Positions 53,279-64,000 of a stretch of 64,000 nt of DNA are shown here, one piece after another. The translations under genes and the position numbers were made by a program. The stretch is from NCBI RefSeq assembly GCF_009914755.1, contig NC_060926.1; one strand, 5' to 3'. This DNA is from the human T2T-CHM13v2.0 reference genome, Homo sapiens. Within the stretch, counting starts at the first letter, position 1. Each line of letters begins with the position of its first letter. The notes below the pieces were generated by a model that saw nothing but the letters and a program-made list of their open reading frames with translations, did no database searches and had not been told where the DNA came from.

Positions 53279-54500
53279 TGTAAACCAAAAATGAAATTCT
53301 AAACCTCCAAACTGACTGAACGGGGAACACTCTGGGCCAAAGGGACCCGAGAGAAGCTTGAAAACCTGAATTCCTGGCAAGACAGGGAAGGGGGTCCAAC
53401 ACACTCTCTTTGGAGTTTAGGTACAACTGACCAGCATTAACGTTGAAACAGAGATCACAAAACAGACTTTTTGTGGCAATAAAATATCACATTTCAAACT
53501 GACACTGGTCCAACATCATATGACAAATAGCAGACCCTGAGAGACATTAAAATATTTTACCCAAAAATAAATATCTTTGGCATATTTTGAAATAGCCCTG
53601 CAAAGCCACCTGGTGTGATTTGACAGTGTCCCCATCCAAATCTCAACTTGAATTGCATCTCCCAGAATTCCCCTTGTGGGAGGGACCCATGGGGAGGTAA
53701 TTGAATCACGGGGGCTGGTGTTTTCCGTGCTATTCTCATAATAGTGAGTAAATATCACGAGATCTGATAGGTTTACTGGGGGTTTCTGCTTTTGCTTCTT
53801 TCTCATTTTCTCTTGTTGCTGCCATGTAAGAGGTGCCTTTCACCTCCCGCCATGATTCTGAGTCCTCCCCAGCCATGTGGAACTGTAAGTTCAATTAAAC
53901 CTCTTTTTGTTCCCAGTCTCAGGTATGTGTTCATCAGCAGCATGAAAACAGACCACCATCTTTTATGGAAGAAATTTGCATCTGTAGAGCATCTCCATTA
54001 GTACAGTCAGGCCTTTCCTCCTCTAGGAGAGATTAACTATGAGTCTGACATGTTTTAAGGTCCATCTGAAAGGAAAACAGGTATTTACCATCTACCCTCT
54101 CTGGAAGCTACCAAGGAGGCTTCATCTACATCACAAGAACCCTAGGGTCAACGACCCCCACTTCTCTTAACTCAAGCATTTCTTTCTACTGACTTCAAGT
54201 CTTTAGACAAAGCTTAGCTCTTTCCACTAATTACCAATTAGAAAATCTTTTAACCCACCTATGACCTATAATGTCCCTCCCTCTTGAAGATATCCTGCCT
54301 CTTTAGGCTGAATTAATGTACACCTTTTATGTACTGATTTATGATTTCATCTACAATTCCTATTTCCCTAAAATGTATAAAGCCCACCTGTAACCTGACC
54401 TTCTCAGACACACTTTCTCAAGACTTCTTGAGACTGTTTCCTCGGGCCAGGGTCACTGATATTGGCTCAGAATAAACATTTTTAAATATTTTCCAGAGGG
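53279..54500 (+). mobile_element. MER4 (D-like) ERV1 LTR interrupted by THE1A
   Basis: Starts tgtaaaccaaaaatgaaattctaa; ends ggtcactgatattggctcagaataaac... Confidence 0.8.
53611..53952 (+). mobile_element. THE1A MaLR solo LTR nested in MER4
   Basis: gggggtttctgcttttgcttc...gtgcctttcacctcccgcc THE1A features; ccacc at 53606-53610 and 53953-53957; terminal taataca absent. Confidence 0.88.
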
Positions 54501-54815
54501 TTTTTTGTTTTTGTTTGTTTTTGTGTCCAAGGAATATATGGGGAGAACTCAGGTATAGGTTAACAAAAGCCACATATTTCCTCCTATCAAAAACTTCCCA
54601 GTCTTTACCATTCAAAGAAAACTTGAGGGTTCTGCAGACATCCAGCTCACAGTGGACAATTGTATTCACTTTCTGCCACCATAGGGTAAGACCCAGCACG
54701 TCACCATCTACTGGTGAGTTGCTCAGCTCCTATGGGCTAAGACAAACAAGAATAAGACCTAGAGAAAGAAAAACTCTACAGTAGCATATTTAGGTAAACT
54801 TTTCATTTCGGTAAA

Positions 54816-54910
54816 CTCAAGTCCTCAGACACTTCCTTGGCATCTATTATTTGGAAAGAGTCCTCAAGTCCTCAGACACCATCCTTGCCATCTGTTATTT
54901 AGAAAGGGTC
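54816..54910. repeat. About 47-bp diverged tandem duplication
   Basis: ctcaagtcctcagacac...catct.ttattt.gaaag.gtc twice. Confidence 0.85.
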
Positions 54911-55083
54911 TTGTTTTTTGAAACTCATAGGTAGTACCTCTTCTTACTACAAGGAAAGATTGAAATATTCTATGTTGGAAATCTCTACATTATTTACTTT
55001 CCTAAGCTTTAATTTTCCGTCCTGCTATTTTATAGGCAAAATACCTGCTAACAACCTGAAACTGCAGTGGTAGGAATTGCTGG

Positions 55084-56512
55084 TGTGTCTGGAATTGGTG
55101 GGTTCTTGGTCTCACTGACTTCAAGAATGAAGCCGCAGACCCTCGCGGTGAGTGTTACAGCTCTTAAGGTGGCGCGTCTGGAGTTTGTTCCTTCTGATGT
55201 TCAGATGTGTTCGGAGTTTCTTCCTTCTGGTGGGTTCGTGGTCTCGCTGGCTCAGGAGTGAAGCTGCAGACCTTTGCGGTGAGTGTTACAGCTCTTAAGG
55301 CAGCGAGTCTGGAGTTGTTCGTTCCTCCCGGTAGGCTCGTGGTCTTGCTGGCTTCAGGAGTGAAGCTGCAGATCTTCGCGGTGAGTGTTACAGCTTATAA
55401 AAGCAGCGTGGACCCAAAGAGTGAGCAGTAGCAAGATTTATTGCAAAGAGCGAAAGAATAAAGCTTCCATAGTGTGGAAGGGGACCCGAGCGGGTTGCCA
55501 CTGTTGGCTCAGGCAGCCTGCTTTTATTCTCTTATCTGGCCCCACCCACATCCTGCTGATTGGTAGAGCCCAGTGGCCTGTTTTGTCAGGGTGCTGATTG
55601 GTGCATTTACAATCCCTGAGCTAGACACAAAGCTTCTCCACGTCCCCATCAGATTAGTTAGATACAGAGTATCCACATAAAGGTTCTCCAGGGCCCCACC
55701 AGAGCAGCTAGATACAGAGTGTCCATTGGTGCATTGGCAAACCCTGAGCTAGACACAGGGTGCTGATTGGTGTGTTCACAAACCTTGAGCTAGATACAGA
55801 GTGCCGATTGGTGTATTTACAATCCCTGAGCTAGACATAAAGGTTCTCCACATCCCCACCAGACTCAGGAGCCCGGCTGGCTTCACCCAGTGGATCCCGC
55901 ACCGGGGCTGCAGGTGGAGCTGCCTGCCAGTCCCGCGCCGTGCGCTCGCACTCCTCAGCCCTTGGGTGGTCGATGGGACTAGGTGCCGTGGAGCACGGGG
56001 TGGCACTCGTCGGGGAGGCTCGGGCCTCACAGGAGCCCATGGAGTGGGTGGGAGGCTCAGGCATGGCGGGCTGCAGTCCCGAGCCCTGCCCCTCGGGAAG
56101 GCAGCTAAGGCCCGGCGAGAAATCGAGCGCAGCTCCGGTGGGCTGGCACTGCTGGGGGACCCAGTACACCCTCCGCAGCCGCTGGCCCGGGTGCTAAGTC
56201 CCTCATTGCCCGGAGCCGGCAGGGCCGGCCGGCTGCTCCAAGTGCAGAGCCCGCCAAGCCCACGCCCACCCGGAACTCCAGCTGGCCCGCAAGCGCCATG
56301 CGCAGCCCCGGTTCCCGCTCGTGCCTCTCCCTCCACACCTCCCTGCAAGCTGAGGGAGCCGGCTCTGGCCTTGGCCAGCCCAGAAAGGGGCTCCCACAGT
56401 GCAGCGGTGGGCTGAAGGGCTCCTCAAGTGCCGCCATAGTGGGAGCCCAGGCAGAGGAGGTGCCGAGAGCCAGCGAGGGCTCTGAGGACTGCCAGCACGC
56501 TGTCACCTCTCA
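55084..56512 (-). mobile_element. LTR12C (HERV9) solo LTR
   Basis: tgtgtctggaattggtgggttcttgg ... ctgtcacctctca; 4-bp TSD ctgg at 55080-55083 and 56513-56516; three U5 repeat units. Confidence 0.95.
55520..55812 (-). promoter_or_regulatory. LTR12C promoter core (6 CCAAT boxes, GATA, AATAAA box) pointing leftwards
   Basis: Six ATTGG on the + strand; cttttattctcttatc reads GATAAGAGAATAAAAG on the - strand. Confidence 0.7.
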
Positions 56513-56896
56513 CTGGGATTGCATATAGAGCAGAGCCAGCCATCAGGAAGAGGAGCATTAATATGGATAGATCCACTTCTTCTGAACAAGTGTTTAATGG
56601 TAACACTTTTCTAGCAAATCTCTTCCCTGACTCATCCCTGAAAGCCTTTGAATGCGAAATGCTTGACCTTTTGAAGAGCCCTTCATTTTCCTATTTGTTT
56701 TCTATAGATTTTTACAGCATGCAACCCTCTCTCCTACCCATACTCCCCACTCACTGCTGAATAACCACTTAGAGAAATTGTACTGTAAGAGAACGAGGTA
56801 TTTGGAAAATTCTGGTTTCAAAAGAAAAGGGAGAAGCAAGAGGAAGACATAGTTCCATTACTCCAATATGGAACCCTAAAGACCTTTGATTGGATC

Positions 56897-57292
56897 TGTT
56901 AAATCAAGTTTACCCTAAAGCCGTCCCATTACATATTTTAAGTTCAGCCTAAAGGTCTCTCTATACATGGTGAACTGTCACCTAGCTGGATGTGTAAACA
57001 GACTATACTTACTCTTGTACCAATCATTGAGTTTTGGTCAGTCTAAGGCAGCCAACCGTTCAAACCATGTATAAATAAGGGAAGTGCTGAGCTGTAACCA
57101 ATCTGGCTGTTTCTGTACCTCACTTCTGTGTTCTGTACCTCACTTTTTGCTTTCTGTCCATAAATCTTTCACTACGTGGCTGGACCAGTCTCTCTGAACC
57201 TATTCTAGTTCAGGGGCTACCTGATATGCAAATCATTCTTTGCTCAATTAAACTCTGTTAAATTTAATTTGTCTAAAATTTTTCTTTTATCA
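56897..57292 (+). mobile_element. MER57 ERV1 solo LTR
   Basis: tgttaaatcaagtttaccctaaagc...ctttgctcaattaaactctgttaaatttaa...ca; TSD gatc at 56893-56896 and 57293-57296. Confidence 0.88.
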
Positions 57293-57659
57293 GATCATAG
57301 GTAAACTCCTGGGATTCTGAGGTCTGAGGCCATGCAAAAGACACCTTGGAAAATCATAGTCAACATCTGGACCTCTGTGTTCTTCTCTGCAAATGAGGAG
57401 GCTGATTAAATGCTGTTGAAGACTCCTTTGAAGCTCTAACAGTTTATCATTGAGGGTATTTTGAGCAATGCACTAGATCCATGATGGGGCAGAAGGTGGA
57501 GGGTCGGAAAGAATTGTGAGAGTTGGCCTCAATGTTCTGTGAGGAAAAAGACCCCCAGCTGCTCTGCTCCCATGCTTGTAAGCTGCTGGACTAGGATCTT
57601 CGAGAGCCTAGAGGGCCCACAACATCAGGGCCCCCCTGGTGGCTATGATCAACACTGTG

Positions 57660-57840
57660 AGCAGCTAACATTTATTGGGTAATTGCTATGTGACTGGCAT
57701 GGGTTTTTCTGCAAATATTCTTACAAGGTCAGGTATATTTCATATTTAACAGATGAAGAAATTAAGGAAGAGAGGGTAATTAAATTTCTTGAATTTCTAC
57801 TGCTTTTAAGTGGCAAAGCCTGGAGCACAGCTTTCTCTGA
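57660..57840 (-). mobile_element. MIR relic
   Basis: gctaacatttattgggt...tttaacagatgaagaaattaagg. Confidence 0.65.
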
Positions 57841-60152
57841 CTATACGATGGTGTCCAATAAAGACATTGATTACTGGTCCTCTTATTAATATCAGGTCTC
57901 TCCATGAACTTCTCAGCACTTTTCCTAGGATCTTAGATCCCTTTTGGCATGGACAGTCTGAAAGTGCATTTAAAGTATTTTCAGAATGTGAAAATCTTCA
58001 TCAGTTCAAGTCCACAAACTTCCCCGTCTCTCATGCTCACTATTCTCTCTCATCCTTCTTGACTGGGATGTTAGGAGGGAAGAAAATACATCCAAATAGA
58101 AATCTTACCTGGGGGGAAAAGATAAAGCACAACCTCCCCTCCTAGAGGTTGTGCATTTCGAAGCATTCCATCTTTTTTGACTACTCAGGAGAGAGGAGGT
58201 TTTCACTACTTGGTAATGATTTGTCATTGACCTGAGGCAATTATTGGCAAAACAAGGCCTTGAGCTATTTCCAAGTCTCTCAAAACGTTTGGGTGAAAAA
58301 CAGCAAAGGAGCCCTGTGAGGATGTTGAGATGGTTTATTATGTGGTTTGCTTAAGGTCACAGAGTCACTACACTGCAGAGCTAGCTGTGGAATGCTGAGG
58401 CCCCAGGGGCTCCCTGTGCAACAGGCCTGGATCCAACTCCTAACTCTTTCCTGCCTGGGCATTCTCCCCTCCCTCACAGACACTGTCAAACAGCACCAGC
58501 CCAAGGCCCGAGTGTCCTTTGCAAAATTCAGCTAACTCCGAACTCTCACTTGATGCTCTGCTCATGGGTGGAGAGAAAACAGGTGGAACCGCTTCTCTAT
58601 CAACTGAGTGAAAACCAGATGAAGAATATCAGATAGATACTGGGGAAAAACAATATCTAACTATTTCGTTAAAATAGATCTTCCCCTCTTTATTGCTCTT
58701 AGTTTATGAAATTTAGAAAACACATACAGGCAACAAGAAGTGCGTTCAATGGACTCAGTAGATTTGTGGAATGCAAAGGAGCCTGAAGCTAGGTTTCACC
58801 CCGCCACTGCCACTTAACTCAGTCTCCTAATAATCGTCAGAAGGGAAATTTTCACTCTGCCTGGAATTTTCACTCCAGGCTCCATGTTCTTGGAATCACA
58901 TACAGCTCTATGGACCCGGAAACCACACCTCCATCCCGGAGCGTGATGAACCTGTGCTATTGCTAAAGCTCAGGCTTTAACACTGTCTGTGGATCTCTGC
59001 ATCCTCTGCCAATAAGGAAACTCTCTATCTGGAATTGCCAGCTGGTGCCTGGTTATCTCAGCTCCATGCATCTGCTGTGAGGACCTGGAGGCGGCGATGG
59101 GGCCGGGGCAGGGGATGGGGAGAGTGGGGGTGCTCCTCTTGCTGTACAGAGGCTGCAGCTTTCACCAAAGCTGCATGCCCCTCACCAGGGGGACTGCCCA
59201 TTTTACTCCCACTGGGCATGTGAGGCTTCCTGGAATTCAGCTTCAGTTCTTATCTACCTTTTAAGACATTTATATCTGCTATTGTAATTGCACCATTTTT
59301 TGAAAAGTTAGTTGTTTTCATAAGAGATGAAAGCTCAGTAGAAGCTTTGTAAAAATTCAGTGATTCCATTAAGGTGACTCTGAAAGCAAAAGGGAGGAAA
59401 AAAGAGTAAAAGAAAGAAAATTAAAAGATGGAGGGAAGGACAATATAAAGAAGACCACTGTTGTTCAAAAATATGTAAGCAAGGTAACTTGTAAAGACTA
59501 AAGAAAAATTCAAAGTTTAACATGAATCATCATTTGAGTTACTTTAAAATCATGGAGAGCTCCCTCTGCTTTAAAGGAACCAAAAGATCAAAAAATAAAA
59601 AGTATTATAGACAAACTCATATGCTGTGACCTGTGCAATAATAATATAAGAAAGAAGGAGTGCCACACTCATTCTCAAATGAAAGGCTTTGGCGATTTTA
59701 TACCTTAAACATCCTTACTTCCTCATATTTCTACACATCCCCAGTGCTTTTTGTAGGATGTATGTAGATTTGAAATTGCTGGGTCAAAGGATACACAGGC
59801 TTTGAGGCTTTTCATACTTCCGTGGGGCAGAGGACACTCATCCCCACATCTCAGTTTGGAGGACAGCTGGTAGGAAAGGCTGAAATGTAACTGAAGCCAC
59901 AGGAGGCCCTGAGGCACGGAAAGGACGTGGGAGGAGTATCCATCCTTCTGCTTACAGACCCTGAGTTGCAATGAGAATAATGCCACGAGGAATGAACAGA
60001 AACTATTGCTAATCAGCAATAGAAGGATTATCGAAAGCTTGAACACCAAGCACAGCAGGTTATGATGTACCTTCACACACACACACACCAAAAGCACGCA
60101 CATTAACACGCACATGTACACACAGACCTCCACCCAGACACATGCCCTAAAA

Positions 60153-60464
60153 CAGTGATCCCTAAGCTTTTTGGCATCACAGACCGGTTTCATGGAAGAC
60201 AACTTTTCCATGGACGGGGCTGGGAGGGTCAAGATGAAACTGTTCCACCTCGGACCATCAGGCATTAGATTCTCATAAGGAGCATGTAACCTAGACCCCT
60301 TGAATGGGCAGCTCACAGTAGGGTTTGCGCTCCGCTGATTTGACAGGAGGTAGAGCTCAGGTGGTAATGCTCGTTTACCTGCAGCTCACCTCTTGCTGTG
60401 TGGCCTGGTTCCTAACAGGCCACAAACTGATATCAGTTCGTGGCCCAGGGGTTGGAGACTCTTG
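60153..60464 (+). mobile_element. MER1B hAT-Charlie DNA transposon relic
   Basis: gaccggtttcatggaagacaacttttcca...ggcccaggggttggagac; perfect 8-bp TSD ccctaaaa at 60145-60152 and 60465-60472. Confidence 0.92.
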
Positions 60465-61780
60465 CCCTAAAACACAACATTGTACTCAAGCTTCCACTTT
60501 AGCTGAATGGGATAGCTCTTTAAAGCATCACCTGACCTTCAAGTTGTCAGAATTGATGGTGTTTTTTCCTGGAAAAATAGACTTGTGGCTAAATGCACTA
60601 CATGCTTTTATTCCTAGATTAAACAGACCCCTGCATAAAAATATCATTTGGGAGGCATTTGTTTCCTATGTTGAATAAGCTCCAGAGAAGTCTCAAGTAG
60701 AAAATCAAATGTAATAAGACTTCCAGAATAGCAAGTTAAATGCTCTCGGTCATAAGACTGGTACATTTTGCCATGGGACAACAACAGAGCTCATTAAATA
60801 GCTTTTCTGGTTCAGTATTACCAAAAATACTACCAAAGAAAATATAGTCTTAGAACATGGATCAAAGCAATATGGCACTCCGCTGTGTTCTGTTCATACA
60901 GTGAAACTAGGATGAGTCTGTGGCATCCTCTACAAACATTGGCCCTTGACAGGAAATCATGACACAGGGACCTTCTCGTGACTTTGCCTCTGACTATTGG
61001 TAACACTGTTCTCTATTTCTAGCCACATCCATGCTGCAAACCACTGGCAAGTCCTTGAAGTCCAATACCCCAAATCTGAAGACAGGAAGAGGTTCCTTCC
61101 ACAAACTCTCTGTGCAGCAGGGTGAAACATCTAAACATGGGTAAAACATGGGTGACCAGATGCTTGGGGTGAAGATGCATCATCACTGCTTGGAACCCTG
61201 TGATTCTCAGAGAAGTGGAGGTTGATGGGGAGAAGGGAGAGGAAGGTAGGATGACAGTGAAAGAAACTAGAAGTTTCAGCAGATCTAATGGGACAAAGCC
61301 TGGAGAGTGTCTCAGTAAAAACAGGTCACTGAAACTCCTGACCTATCTCCACATGTCGTAATTTATTCAGAGTAAACTATGGGAACAGAACTCAGGAACA
61401 CGCCAAGGGGGTGTCTGGGTACCTATTAGCACACAGAATCAGATCTCAAACATTTCCCTGAGGAAAAACATCTTGTTTCATCAGTGCTGAACAAGTTGAG
61501 GGATGATTGGAATGAGAGAATTTACAAACAGCAAACCTAAACATGGAACTAACATATTCAGAACACCCCAGCAGTAGAAGAGAAATAAACATCCACTTTA
61601 ATCAGTTTTAATTGAAGATCTAAAGCTTAGCGGCTGTGGACACCTTCAGGGAACTGGTCTCAGCCAGTTGGGGTCAAGGGGTCATCCTTTGCCCAGTTTC
61701 AGTGAGTGACCACTTTTCCCTAAACACCTGAGGAATGGGAAACAGGAGGCAGGAGTAGGTTTTAGGACATAGGAACTTAT

Positions 61781-62055
61781 CGTTACAGGACTTTGTCTTA
61801 GTTCATCTAAAGACGGGGTTCTTGTCCCATGGCCATGAAAGTTTAGGCTCGCAGACGGTTTGAAGGGTGAGTAAAGCAGGGTTTTATTGGGTGAAAAGGA
61901 AAAAAAGTGGAAACAGGGACTCACTGCAAGGCCAGAGTCCCTACTAGAGTGCTTCCCGCCTCGCCGCTTGAATCCCAAACTCCACACAGGAAGAGGAGGG
62001 GACAGGCTCCTCCCAGCTGCAAAAGGTGCAAACTTCTGTGGCTCCACCCCAGTCC
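61781..62055 (-). mobile_element. MER48-like ERV1 LTR (partial)
   Basis: gttacaggactttgtcttagttcatctaaagacggggttcttgtccc is the reverse complement of the MER48 3' end. Confidence 0.7.
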
Positions 62056-62099
62056 ACCTGGCGGTCTCACTGTGGCAGTAGCTCTTCCTACTGATGGCT

Positions 62100-62240
62100 C
62101 CGAAAAGTCGCTTGGGAATTTCTCCAGAACATCCTGCCCGGATTCCACACCCAGAGATCTCATGTGGACTTGGTCTGGGAGTGGGGCCCGGATATTAGCA
62201 TTTATTTTTAAAGGCCCTGCAGTGATTCTAACCTGTGATT
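62100..62240. mobile_element. MER5-like hAT-Charlie relic
   Basis: ggtctgggagtggggcccgga...gcattta...gtgattct. Confidence 0.5.
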
Positions 62241-62339
62241 CTAAAAGGATGACTAAGGTTCTTGGTTTGAATCAGTTGGAAGGACCATGGTGCCTGAGTT
62301 TTGAATTGCCCTCCTAGTTTAAACACCGAAGCATGGGTT

Positions 62340-64000
62340 TATTTTGTTCTCTCAATGAATACCTGGAGAAAATAATGCTGCAGATGCTATTCTGGATGCT
62401 TGGTGTATGTTACCAAAAAAAAAAAAAAAGAAAAAGAAAAAGAAAGAAAGAAAGAAAGAAAACCCCTGCCTCACCAAACTCACCTTATAGTAGGAGGATT
62501 CAGACAAGAAGCAGAAAGTATGGTGCACAGAAGTATCAAGCAACATACCCTATTAAAAAGAAAAACAACAGAGTGATAGGAGTTGAGATTGCAGGAAAAG
62601 TGAGAAGCAGAATTTGTTATTAAAATAAGGGGTCATATTAGCCCTCACTAAAAACACATATTTGAGAAAGATCTTGAGGGCAATAAGGAGAAGAAAAGAG
62701 TGTTCCAAGGGGACAGCTAGTAGAAATACCCGAAGACTGGATTTGACAGATGTGCTTACAAAATGAAGAGCTGGCGAAGGCCAGGTGCCGTGGCTCACGC
62801 CTGTAATCCCAGCACTTTGGGAGGCCGAGGTGGGTGAATCACATGAGGTCAGGAGTTTGAGACCAGCCTGGCCAACATGGTGAAACCTCATCTCTACTAA
62901 AAATACAAAAATGAGCCAGGCGTGGTGGCGCGTGCCTGTAATCTCAGCTACTCAGGAGGCTGAGGCATGAGAATTGCTTTAACCTGGGAGACAGAGGTCA
63001 CAATGAGCCGACATTGCACTACTGCACTCCAGCCTGGGTGACGGAGCAAGGAGCAAGACTCTTTCTCAAAAAAAAAAAAAAAAAAGAAAAAGAAAAAAAA
63101 AAAGGGAAAAAACCAGAAATGGCCACTGAGGCTTGTGCAGGATGAATGAGGTAGAAGCCTGCAGGTCCAAGTTGCAAAGGTTAAGGAGGCGGCTTCCTTA
63201 AGTGCCGTGCCATTGTGAGGATCTTGGCTTTCACTTAGAGTGAAACAGGGAGCCAAGAAAGGGTTTTGAGTCACGAGTAAAGGAAAGGAAGCACAGACTG
63301 ATTTATATCTTAAAACAAACAAGCAAACAAAAAACACTTTGGCTGTTATGTTGAATCTTAAGTAGAGAGGACAAATGTGGAGGCAGGAAGATCAGCTAGT
63401 AGGTGATTGTTGTCCTTTGGGGCAAAGCGGGATGGTGGGGTGAACCATTGTTTTAGTAGCACTTAAAAAGCAGAGACGGCAATCTATCCTGAGAGATTAA
63501 CATGGGAAGACAGGGAGGAGGTAAAAATGATCCTAAATTTGTTGTTGTTGTTGTTGTTTTGTTTTTAGTCTAATCCAACCAGAAGGATTTCATTATCTTC
63601 AACAGAGAGAGAAGGTTACAAGTGAAAGGAGTGTGTTTTTTTGGGGGGAAGAGCATGAGTTCAGTTTATGTCATGTTGAGTTTAAGATGTTTATGAGACA
63701 AGTGAGATGCCAGGTACAGAGTTGTATATATTGAGGCAAGCTCAGAAAAGAAGTCTGGGCTGCAGATATAAGTGTTCAAGTTAGAAGCACAGAGATAGTG
63801 TTTAAAGGTATATGAGAGTAGATGACATCAAACGTGTGTACACAGAGAAGAGGGCCAAGGGCCCCAGAGTACCCCAGGAGTAAGAGAACAGGAAGAAGAG
63901 ACAGAATCAGCAAAGGTTATGGAGAAAATGTGGTCAATAAGTCAGAAGAAAAATTATGTGTCCTGCTCTTTCAATAGGTCAAAGAAAGTGAAGATGATGA
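62340..64000 (-). mobile_element. L2 (L2a-like) fragment interrupted by an Alu
   Basis: ggatcttggctttcacttagag...gggagccaagaaagggttttgag...actttggctg...gagttcagttt...tctgggctgcagatata, typical L2 antisense. Confidence 0.75.
62779..63105 (+). mobile_element. AluS (Sx-like)
   Basis: Full dimer with A-rich tail. Confidence 0.92.

Noticed and set aside
53865-53877. PRDM9 hotspot motif in THE1 elements
   Set aside because: THE1A reads CCTCCCCAGCCAT, not CCTCCCTNNCCAC; the site is also altered in the other two THE1 copies.
59723-60316. 197-aa minus-strand ORF
   Set aside because: Starts in MER1B and crosses a CA repeat; no recognisable domain.

Overview
Hominid (most likely human) non-coding DNA, either intergenic or deep intronic. 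I see no supportable protein-coding gene, RNA gene or CRISPR array, and I cannot name the locus. Roughly half the window is interspersed repeat. It includes about 17 Alus, L1 fragments (one 5'-inverted), L2 and MIR relics, MaLR LTRs (MLT1, MST, THE1), ERV1 solo LTRs (MER66, MER50, MER4, MER57, MER48) and DNA-transposon relics (MER45, Tigger2a, MER53, MER1B). Two solo LTR12 (HERV9) elements with intact CCAAT/GATA/TATA promoter cores face each other about 49 kb apart. The most distinctive signals are local repair and recombination scars: (1) a 58-bp inverted copy of a nearby MLT1A segment inside a complex microhomology-flanked insertion (10889-11005); (2) a fold-back hairpin at a Tigger2a end; (3) a direct-inverted-direct structure inside an L1 3' end; (4) a probable gene-conversion tract between adjacent Alus. 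Repeat families were recognised by eye, so subfamily labels and boundaries without TSDs are approximate. I did not find a demonstrable new biological system. The best leads are the template-switch scars and a possible LTR12-driven non-coding transcription unit.
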